A stretch of 47,357 nt of DNA, taken from contig NKIB01014119.1 of assembly GCA_002256025.1 (NCBI GenBank), positions 1 to 47,357 of the forward strand, in the 5' to 3' direction. The notes under the pieces are model-generated. The model was not told where the DNA came from. It searched no databases and saw only the letters and a list, made by a program, of their open reading frames with translations. Shown here in pieces: positions 1 through 9,674 of the stretch. Position 1 is the first letter of the stretch. Each line of letters starts with the position of its first letter. This DNA comes from Asterionella formosa. Taxonomy: Eukaryota. The position numbers and the translations under genes are program-made.

Positions 1-621
1 TGTCTCTGCTTCTAGCCTTCCTGCTAGATAGACTAATTGACCTTCCTGTCAATTAACACACTGTTTCCTCGGTTGATAATCTAAATCTCAAATTAAATTA
101 TAAGCTAAACTAAATGTTTCCTTTCCATGCATCTTTGCTTCCTGCAAAGTCATTCTAAGACTCTCTTCGAGTTTCCACTTAACATTTCCATAGAAATCTT
201 CAATCTCTGATCTCGTTAGACAGCTGATTGACGTGGCAATGCAATATTCGACTCGTTCGATTACAATCGAGTCCACAATCCTTGTGACTCGGGCTAATAT
301 TCTTGACAAGTTATGAGGGTTGCTGTTAAATACATACCGCTAAAATGTAGACGGTTTATGTATGGTGTAATCTGATCCTTACTAGCTGGTATATACCGGT
401 ATGTACATAGCATCCTCTGTTCTGTTATCTGTAAGATCAACTAACTTTACTACTCGTTGTTGTTTGGCTGGCTGTACCAGAGGATCTTCACAAACAAGAC
501 TTCCAGCCAACAAATATCATATTTTCTGTCAAAACGCACTGCCCATGTGATTTGATGGCAACGAAGAATTGAATAAATTGTTCTCATCATGATCAATAAT
601 TACAATTATTGATTTATAATT

Positions 622-1683
622 ATGCACCGCACAATCAAAATGGCATTCAACGTACTCGCCTTGGGCGAAAAGGACGTGCGCAAGTGCTTATCTATGAAAG
701 AATGTTTGGAGATCAATCGAAACGCATTTATTCTCCTCACAACGCCCAATGCCGTCGTTCCTACTCGACTTGCTTTGCCATTCCCCAATCCCGCGTCGAT
801 TCAAGATTGGACGCTCTTCAAACCTGGCGCCGTCTACTTTGATGCTGAAAATTATAATGTAAACGACAGCAATCATGATCACAAGTCAACCATGATGGGA
901 ATGAAGCTAGTGTCAGTCCGTGCCAACAACCCTCCTCTTTATCCACTTGTGCCGGCCACACTACTGTTGGTCGACGCCTCTACAGGCATGATGGAAGGCA
1001 TCATGAGTGCCACTTACTTGACGGCTGCACGCACAGCCACAGGACCAGCTCTTGCCACATATCTATGCCGTCCCGATGCTCAACATCTGGTCCTCTTTGG
1101 TGCTGGACTACAAGCAGAAACTCATTTAGAAGCATTGATACTGACACTTCCAAATTTGGCACATGTTACTATAATTAATCGAACAAAAGAACGAGCAGAG
1201 CAATTGATTGTCAACCATATCGAAAGTAGCAGCAGCGCCTTGACCACCACGGCACTGTGCTTGGCAGACACAAAAGCAGTTCATGCTGCATTGGAAACTG
1301 CGGATGTAATTTGTACAACTACCAACACACTTGAACCATTGTTTAAAGATGGGCATCATGTTAAAGCGAAATGTCACATTAATAGTATTGGAAGCTATAC
1401 TCCCCATATGACTGAAATACCTCACGACTTGGTGCGGCGATCTACTGTTATCATTGATACAATAGATGCAATGAAGGTGGGGGATTTAAATCATCTGCCT
1501 CCCTCCCATCCACACTGTTTCTTGGGGCATGTGCTGCAAGATAAAACGTGGTTGGATGATAACAAAATGGAGTTTACATTCTTCAAAGGAGTCGGAACAG
1601 CCATTCAGGATATCATGACAGGTGCTATGGTGATGGAGAGGGCCAAGGAGCTGGGCTTGGGAACAACGTTGGATATGACATAA
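622..1683 (+). CDS. Ornithine cyclodeaminase / mu-crystallin family protein
   Basis: Intronless 353-aa ORF with family motifs GMKLVSV, LTAARTA, Rossmann-like FGAGLQA, ADVICTTT, HINSIGS and C-terminal FFKGVGTAIQD. Confidence 0.92.
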   Translation: MHRTIKMAFNVLALGEKDVRKCLSMKECLEINRNAFILLTTPNAVVPTRLALPFPNPASIQDWTLFKPGAVYFDAENYNVNDSNHDHKSTMMGMKLVSVRANNPPLYPLVPATLLLVDASTGMMEGIMSATYLTAARTATGPALATYLCRPDAQHLVLFGAGLQAETHLEALILTLPNLAHVTIINRTKERAEQLIVNHIESSSSALTTTALCLADTKAVHAALETADVICTTTNTLEPLFKDGHHVKAKCHINSIGSYTPHMTEIPHDLVRRSTVIIDTIDAMKVGDLNHLPPSHPHCFLGHVLQDKTWLDDNKMEFTFFKGVGTAIQDIMTGAMVMERAKELGLGTTLDMT

Positions 1684-1762
1684 CACGTGTTAATAACGAT
1701 AGTTATATTTGCTATTGGACAAGAACATTCCATACTCCTTCATGTATCTCGTTGCTATACTA

Positions 1763-2473
1763 CTATTGAGTTTTGGTATCTTTACTGGAAAGTACTGTAG
1801 TTCTTGTCCATGGGACACCCAACAATGGACACAAGATGGATACAGAATCAATCTTCTCGTTACCATCTGGACCACTCTTCAAATGTCGTGTTCCGTCAAC
1901 GCTTGCTAATTCACCTCCATGATTAGGTATTTTAGCACTTTTATCTTGGCACCCCATCACAACTTTACCTGTAGTTACCATTGGCAAATATTTGGATTCA
2001 TTCTTCACAACAAGCTGGAATGCTTGCTTCTTACTTTTTGAATAATTATAGTCTGAGTTTATGAAAGTAATTTCATCGTCATATTCTGTTGCTGTGTTGA
2101 TGGATTCCTCATAAAATATAATTTCACCAGATGCTCTCATCGTTACCTTTGTGTCGGAGTCATTATAAAAGGTTATGTCACCCAAGTAGCTACTTATATA
2201 ATCACTCATATACTCAGCATAATGACGATTGAAATTGGAAATCTCATGATGATCATCAGATAATAATGATTTTCCATCACGACAGCAGGCCGATTGGAGA
2301 TTAACCTCTTTTGAACAACGCTGTTCTTGTTGATTATCAGCATGGATCCTTTTTCCTTGCTTCTTCTTGGGGGTGTCTTCCTCTACTAGAACTCCTCTGG
2401 TAAAAGGCGACTCGGGGGCCATCATGATAATAGGGGACGAGTATGTTACACTTTGGGATCGGATACTTGCCAT
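1763..2473 (-). CDS. Hypothetical protein (orphan ORF, about 236 aa from ATG 2473)
   Basis: Long open frame convergent with the OCD gene; no recognisable motif. Confidence 0.35.
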   Translation of the reverse strand: MASIRSQSVTYSSPIIMMAPESPFTRGVLVEEDTPKKKQGKRIHADNQQEQRCSKEVNLQSACCRDGKSLLSDDHHEISNFNRHYAEYMSDYISSYLGDITFYNDSDTKVTMRASGEIIFYEESINTATEYDDEITFINSDYNYSKSKKQAFQLVVKNESKYLPMVTTGKVVMGCQDKSAKIPNHGGELASVDGTRHLKSGPDGNEKIDSVSILCPLLGVPWTRTTVLSSKDTKTQ

Positions 2474-4801
2474 GTTGCTTGTTGATATGATACGCAAGCT
2501 TAGTCAATACACTTACAGCTGCTTTTCCATTCTGTGACTATGATGGCAGACGTGCATGTATTGTTCGTTGCCGAATTTATGAGCAGAGGGGGGGAACATT
2601 GATTAACTAATTGTGCCCAACCATCATCAGGGTTCGTGGAACCTGGTACCAGGTACCAGGTATAGAGCCAGGTAGGAAGGGGGGTATTCCTATACCACTA
2701 GATGTACTCCTAATTGTGATTTTCGTTTCCCGCGGTACCATGGTATACCTCTATACATTCTTCTTGAGCAGAAATCACGACTCCCGGTATTTCATTTTAA
2801 TTCATGCATGTCGTGATGGCTGAGCGATACCGGTAGTTGCATTTTTTGCGAGAACTGGCGTGCGTGATGAATGCAGCATGTCGCCCATCCACATACAGGT
2901 GGTATGTAATTGCATGGATAGCCTAGATACCGGTACGGTGGTATCCGTGGATACAAAATGATGACAAGTAATTATATAGGTACATGTATACCGGTATGTA
3001 GTACCGGTATATTAATGTCATGCATGACTCGACTGGAATACTGTCGTGCGTGACTGAAATAAAAATGGCAGCGCAAGTGGCAGCAGAGGATGAAGCAATA
3101 TGGTAATTGTTAGTAAATGTCTATTGGATAAATGTACTGCATATACTATTGAGTCATAAAAATGGAGTGGTGTCTGGTGATATGACCATCCATCTACTAG
3201 TATGGACACAAAGAAAATTCGATATTGATTGTCTTGATGATGGCACAAGAATTTACTGCCATGATTCGTGTTGTCCAGCAAAAGTTCCATTGGTTCCTTC
3301 CAACCACCATCCTATCTATGCTTATGATGGCGAAATTGATTCCCAATGAAATTTTAGGCTCGTCATTATCTGGTGCACTGCCTGCTACAACTCCCACTGG
3401 ATGATATCAGTAAAAAGCATCGCCTTCCAAACTGTATTTGCACTGGCAGCTGAAAGCAATAGTAGGCTCAGGTGGCGGCCCTGCTGTTCTTACTTGTTGG
3501 GCTTCCCAAAAGCTTCCACAACAATCATTTTCTCCTTCCTGATTCCGATGGATGTACTTCTTGCTTTGGTACTTGTGCAAAAAATACTATGTTTTGTGCA
3601 GTTGCTTCATATCAGTTTATGAACAACTCGCCCACATGGTAGACCATACACACAATATTGCTATGCATGCAGCATAGAATCAAAACATTTCAAAAGCATG
3701 CAGGTATACACACTAGGCAATCATTTTGAAATGAATAATTTGGGAGCACCAGTACCAATGTGCCCAAAAATGGAAATCCTGTGAATCATACAAAGTAGTT
3801 GAACCCAAAACTTCATGTTTTGACTATGTCGAATTGAAAAATTGAGGGGGAGTTGTTTTGCTCCTAATGTTTGCTGATGTGAGTATTTAGGTTGTGGCCC
3901 CACACTTGGCTTCTTATGCAGATGGTCAAATTTTAGCGAAATATTTTTATGTATCATGATGCACCTCGTCGACACAGCCACACACCAGTACTAGGTAAAA
4001 CTACCAAAAACAATTGAAGATTAAATTAGCTAGCTTTCATCATTACCAACAATTTGCAAATTCTTATATACAGTCTTTGGTCGAATAAGTTTTTCTTTTA
4101 TCATCTTCACATATTTGGAGTGATCTATGTTGACAAAATGTACATAGGCAGGTTTGTGGTAGTGACAAGCAACTGTGTTAATAAACTATCCGGTATACAG
4201 ATATAAAATATAAGTCCCAAGTAAAAATACTGGTACCAGGTACTATGGCTGGTTGCATGAAGACTAAAGTTTGGGTAGGCATAGAAGAGTTGAAATTTAT
4301 GGCGCTTCTTTGTAGCGCGCTCCAGTACGACTGCCCTGGAATGACCGGTCAAGATTGTTTGCAAATTATTCTGCTATATAAATACTGTCTATTTCCATTT
4401 AAATATTCTTCAGACTACACATATTCTTCGGAAACCTGTCGACATCAACAGCCTAACAGACACATTCTGACATAGTGGAGCTGGTATGTTATTTTTTAGC
4501 TTTCGATTGGAAGCAGATTCTATCATGTCATTATACTTGCTTCTTTCCCTCTTACAATGATGGTGAAAATCTCCAGATCTACTTTGTCTCCCATGTGCAC
4601 CGATAGCTGTATCTGACCATCGTGACCATCATAAGTCAAAGAGACATCGATGCACATGGTAAACAATGCGCTCATCCGTTTATATTGACTTGTTTCAAGG
4701 CTGCCAAAAGCAAACATGCGCTTCATGACCGCTGGCTACCAGCAGACAAATTGCGGGTATACATGCTCCAGAAATACTCAATTGAGGATACAGCACAGTA
4801 T

Positions 4802-5052
4802 TAAAAAATAAAAAAATGTCAATGAAATTTTATAGTACATTAAAGCTATCCAATAGTTGCACTCGGGCCTGCCAAATAGATGGACACAATTAGTACCGGT
4901 TTTATTCGTCCGTACGGTACAACTGGGCCTGTATTTTCGACAGCCGCACCACCCGGAACCCTACTAGGGACTACATGAAAAAGACAGGTGGAGAATGCAG
5001 GAATCGAACCCGCCACCACGGTGGGTGTGCTAAGAACCGCTAAGCCATTCCA
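4802..5052 (-). mobile_element. Candidate tRNA-derived SINE-like insertion with 18-bp target-site duplication
   Basis: GAGGATACAGCACAGTAT occurs at 4784-4801 and 5053-5070. Between them, the minus strand starts with a tRNA-like head and ends in a T-rich tail (A6-T-A7 on the plus strand, 4803-4816). Confidence 0.7.
4989..5051 (-). pseudogene. Degenerate tRNA-Ala(AGC)-like sequence (pseudo-tRNA / SINE head)
   Basis: Minus strand GGAATGGCTTAGCGG..CTTAGCAC..GGTGGCGGGTTCGATTCCTGCATTCTCCA: A-box-like TGGCTTAGCGG, B-box GGTTCGATTCC, intact T-arm GCGGG/CCTGC and an Ala-type 3' end ATTCTCCA. D and anticodon arms are not intact. Confidence 0.7.
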
Positions 5053-7500
5053 GAGGATACAGCACAGTATAATTGAGCTTCGATGATAAGGTGGTCAACA
5101 AGGTGCTTCCTCTCATGAAATCTGCACCCAAGATTCTAGAGATTCAAGGCAGCCAATAAGTGCAGGTATACAGGCATACCTTCCAAATCGGAAATGTGTC
5201 TATTTTTTCTTTGTTACCACCAAATTGAAAGTTGTTCCTACAACCGTCCCTTCACCATGTGAGCAAGATTGTGTATTGATAAGGCTTTCGGGAGGCGTTA
5301 GTCAGAGTAAGCCATTGCCAACAGAAATTTCTGAGCAAGGAGTTAAAATGATGGAAGATGCTGTCAACAATGGCAATAGAGATGGATTAGAACAACCAAA
5401 GAAGCGAAAGAGAAGGAGCAATGAATCAGAACCAATTATAATTAGTCCTGCTGCTGGAACATCATCAGATGAAAACGGATCCTGATATATGGTGGCATTC
5501 TGGAGATACCTTTAAGTTATTTGTTCCTACAAATGTATATGGGAATGGTGAAACGAGGGGAACGGTCATTCAAAGGGAGCAAGGATTTTCGGGCACATTC
5601 TCACTTATAATGAATGTTGGAGACACACAGAAAATGAATTTCGAAAATGGCCAGCCATGTATGTCTATTCTGGATGTTGCTGACACAAAGGGAAGTAATA
5701 CTGCATGAAATTCAATTAGGGACTACCTCTACCAATGAAAGAAATCGTTCAGCTTTAGAATTAGACCTGAAAACAAAAGGGATCAACACCAAAGAAAAGA
5801 ACAAGAAGGAGTTAGTTCATCTGTGTGTTTTGCATGAAAATTCTTCAGTCATAACTATTGAAAATTTTCGTGAAGGGTTTGCTGCAAGCTTTCTGGGAAA
5901 GAGGATTGATTGACAGCACAAACCTAAAAAAGATACACTTACTCGATGGGAGAAGAGAATTTGGAATTGTCAACAATGTCAACAGCTTGAGACACATCAT
6001 AGGCATGTGTGCAGACTTTTTAAATGAAAAGGGAATGCTGCAATATATTGTAACCAAGATTGGCGTCATGGTCCTCTTAACATGGAAATGTCATGCTGAA
6101 CTTGCAAGGGAAGGGATAGCTAGAGTACATGTGCGTGGCTGGGCTTGTTCCAAAGGTGCATAACGAAATTTGACCTTGAAAGAGAAGAAGGGGAAGGATG
6201 ACCACTTCAATTCAAGTATGTGCAATTGTCTTTCAGAGCAAATCATCACAGTTCAAAGAACACCAAAGATTGCATGGCTTGCTTGTCAGTACCAAATGGC
6301 TTCCCTTGCCATTGATTCTGGTCAAGTTGACCAACAGACTCAAAAAGGCTATTCCAAATATGTGCCTGTTGCATGGACATGATGGCTCATCAATGAGTTC
6401 AAGACACATTGATATGCATTCGACTTTGACTACAAGTTTGTTCGGAATGTGTTGAATGATGGTTGATGGTGTTGAGTTTCCTGTTGCATCAATCCTTTCA
6501 CCTAGTACTACATAGCTGTATATTGTAATGTAGAAGTTTCACTTAGACTCAAAAAGCATACTAGATTTATGGTGGCTATAACCAATCGAATCCAAGCGTG
6601 CACACAGCCAGAGGTGGGACAGAACGTCTACCTTGTATTGACATGATTATTATATGTACTGCGACATGAACATTCAGACGTGGTGCATAATGGTCTGTAT
6701 ACGGAGGCAGATCCATGTTTTCATCATGATTTATGTACATGTCAAAGAGAGGTGTGATTATGTAGCAGTAGTTGAAATAGCCTTTATTAGTACTTAAAAA
6801 TTATAAGTTAATTTTTCGCCCTTCCTTTATAGTAAAGGATAAACGGATCATGATATAAACAGCTGCCTTGCCAATCATGACAAACCCAATACCGGTAGTT
6901 GCCGGACACAGAGAAAAACATTTACCAAATGTTTAATTCCACTTGGTATGTGTTATATACTGGTAATTGATTTCATACCCTGTTGGTTTTACTGCTGGCT
7001 GGTACCTGGTACCAGGAAGCTGTTTGATATCCAGCATAAATCCATAGGAGGTCATGTATATTGGTAATACTGTACATATTTCCACCATACTGTGCCTGTT
7101 CCCTCTATTGAATGACTTTGCGTACCTCGAAGGTCCAGTAATCGAGATATTTAGCTTTAGTTACTCTATAGTAAAAACCGTGTTTTTCCAGACCTGCCTT
7201 CCCTGGAAAACGTTGTAATATTTCTCTGCTACTTTATGTGAAGTCGAGTCTATTATATTGCGTATAGGGGAGTATTTATTACCGGTACTCCAACACTCCA
7301 TTACCTAAAGATGATGACCCTAACTAACTACCGGTAAGTAAGTTGTTCTTTCTTACTGTGTATCGTAAATAGCTTGACTGAAAACACAAGCCAACGTTTC
7401 ATGTCATTCATTCCAGGAGATCGTTCAATATTACAAACCAAGAAGAGCAAGTGAAAAACAATTCTGTCGAACCTGATTGATACCAAGGCTCAGAGCTGCA

Positions 7501-9435
7501 ATGGTCTATTCAATGAGCACGCAACTTTGGAGATCACCACGCCTACTTTTGAACTTTCCTCTTGTGGCTCTTGCGTTTTCTTCCGCAACCCCGAAAAAAC
7601 TCTTTCCGTATCAACGGGAAGGCGTGAAGCGCCTAGTAGAGGGGAAGCGCATGCTACTAGCAGATGAGATGGGACTTGGAAAGACTGTCCAATGCATTGC
7701 GGCTATTAACGAACTCAAATTGCACGACCCAAAAATATTAATCGTCTGTCCGAAAAGTGTTTTGGGAGTGTGGGAAGATGAGTTGCAGGAGTGGCTAACT
7801 ACTGAGCCTCTTGATATTCGAGTAACAACCACCCAGGATTTTAAGGTTCCAATAGGGGGCTCCATTACACTCATCAACTATGACATTTGTCACAAACTCA
7901 AGGATCAGCTACAGTCAATTCACTACGACATTTTGATTTGCGATGAGGCACATTACTTGAAGTCAACGACTTCCAAGCGAACTCTGGCCGTATTAGGGAA
8001 AGGGACCAAGCGTAATAACAAGGGCATCCAAGCCGACTATTTATGGCTCTTGACTGGCACCCCCGTTCTCAATCGGCCTGTTGAACTTTTTCCGCTTTTG
8101 CAGGCGTTGGAGCCTGATAAGGTTGAATCCTTTGAAGAATACGCCGAAAGATATTGCCAACCAAAGGCCATTCAGCTTTCCCATACTGTCGTCATGAACT
8201 ATTCTGGAGCATCGAATTTGGTGGAGCTTGCGAAGCGACTAGAACCACGCATGATACGACGATACAAGTCTGACGTTTTGATGCAGCTACCTCCGAAATT
8301 TCGATCTTGTGTTTGTTTGACGGGATCAGAAGATGCTAAGAAACAAGAGCAACTTATGCTCAAGTCGATGATGGAAAATGACGGGTTGAAGAAGGATCCA
8401 AAATTAGAAGACTTTAGTGCCGAAGCTACATCCCTGATTAAATATCTTGGTGCAAAGACAAGCATGGATCTGGAAAACCCAAACAATCGCAACCGCATCA
8501 TGGGGATGATAACAACTATTCGAAAAGAAACTGCAATGAGAAAGCTTGCACCTGCTTTGGAATTATTGGAGGATGTTTTATTATCCAAAAAGAAGATTGT
8601 CGTTTTTTGCCATCATCGAGAACTCATAACTCGATTGGTACAAAGCTTTGGAAATCGTGCTGTCAGTATTATAGGAGGCATGGATCGCGAGTCAAGAGTA
8701 GATGCAGTACGACGATTTCAGCAAGACGACAATGTACAAATATTTGTCGGAAGCATTCACGCAGCTGGTGTGGGTATCACCCTGACTGCTGCGAGTCATG
8801 TTATTTTTCTGGAACTCGACTGGTCTCCTGCTGTCATGAGTCAAGCAGAAGATCGATGCCATCGTGTTGGTCAAACTGATAGTGTTCAGGTGCAATATTA
8901 TGTCTTTAAAGATACGATTGATGAGTGGCTTGCTAAATCAATACTTTCCAAGCAGAGCAATATTAATCAAATTATTCCTGAAGCTGTTTCCACCCAAACT
9001 GGATACGTGTTCGACTTTGGAAAACACAACGGTATGCGATTCGAAGATGTGCCCCATTGGTATCTCGAATACTTGGTCAAGAATGAAGTATGGAGGGCAA
9101 GGCCATATCTATGGAAAGCACTTTTTCACAAGGGCATGGTTTCAGAGCTTCCTCCTCTGGCATTGTCAACAACAAAAGGCAATACAGAGCAATCGAGTAT
9201 GGAAGTAGATTTTGTCTTTGATTTTGGCAAACACAAAGGACTACAGTGGGGTGCAACTCCATCAGAGTATAGGGAATGGGTTTTGCGTCAAGAGATCTGG
9301 AAAGATAGGTCAAACCTTTACCATGCTCTTTTTGCTGCCGGACTTGTGGGGAAACACGTGGAAGTCTCTGAAAACAAATTAAAAGAAAGTGGTGAATCTA
9401 ACTTCGAACAGCAACTTCCCAATGTTCCATTTTGA
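7501..9435 (+). CDS. SNF2-family ATPase, SMARCAL1/ZRANB3-like, with two C-terminal FGKHxG repeats
   Basis: LLADEMGLGKT (motif I), LIVCPKS, CDEAH (II), LTGTP (III), AAGVGITLT (V), QAEDRCHRVGQ (VI). First ATG at 7501. Confidence 0.9.
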   Translation: MVYSMSTQLWRSPRLLLNFPLVALAFSSATPKKLFPYQREGVKRLVEGKRMLLADEMGLGKTVQCIAAINELKLHDPKILIVCPKSVLGVWEDELQEWLTTEPLDIRVTTTQDFKVPIGGSITLINYDICHKLKDQLQSIHYDILICDEAHYLKSTTSKRTLAVLGKGTKRNNKGIQADYLWLLTGTPVLNRPVELFPLLQALEPDKVESFEEYAERYCQPKAIQLSHTVVMNYSGASNLVELAKRLEPRMIRRYKSDVLMQLPPKFRSCVCLTGSEDAKKQEQLMLKSMMENDGLKKDPKLEDFSAEATSLIKYLGAKTSMDLENPNNRNRIMGMITTIRKETAMRKLAPALELLEDVLLSKKKIVVFCHHRELITRLVQSFGNRAVSIIGGMDRESRVDAVRRFQQDDNVQIFVGSIHAAGVGITLTAASHVIFLELDWSPAVMSQAEDRCHRVGQTDSVQVQYYVFKDTIDEWLAKSILSKQSNINQIIPEAVSTQTGYVFDFGKHNGMRFEDVPHWYLEYLVKNEVWRARPYLWKALFHKGMVSELPPLALSTTKGNTEQSSMEVDFVFDFGKHKGLQWGATPSEYREWVLRQEIWKDRSNLYHALFAAGLVGKHVEVSENKLKESGESNFEQQLPNVPF

Positions 9436-9674
9436 GTGATGAGTCAACATTTCCTCCAACAAGTTTCCTAAAACAATTACTTTCAAAGGTGGATCCAGTA
9501 AGAACACAAACAAGTAGAAGGGATGATAACAGCACCATCTCCTCTAAGATCATCAAAACGTATAACTATTGATCAAGGTTTTATACAATTATAAGGAAAT
9601 ATACAACCACTAGTTGTTAGTTCGATGTCATCGAATCTTTTGATCGATCTCCGGCTTCACTGAGACACTCTGTA

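Larger units (their letters stand above)
4622..6460 (+). pseudogene. Decayed IS630/Tc1-mariner-like (DDE_3-type) transposase relic, interrupted by the 4802-5052 insertion
   Basis: Frameshifted fragments in several frames. The 5858-6163 fragment reads KGLLQAFWERGLID...CADFLNEK...LLTWKCHAELAREGIARVH..WACSK, resembling the PKxHxEL..EyxW..xK catalytic-end region of this transposase class. Boundaries approximate. Confidence 0.6.

Noticed and set aside
3300..3990. MULE/SWIM transposase relic on the minus strand (YGLPCGRVVH)
   Set aside because: One weak motif amid stops; insufficient to call.
4810..4980. Self-cleaving ribozyme in the SINE-like body or in 13587-13707
   Set aside because: No hammerhead (CUGANGA/GAAA), twister or HDV core could be matched by eye.
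4989..5051. Functional tRNA-Ala or tmRNA
   Set aside because: Only 63 nt; the D and anticodon stems do not pair and the acceptor stem is incomplete.
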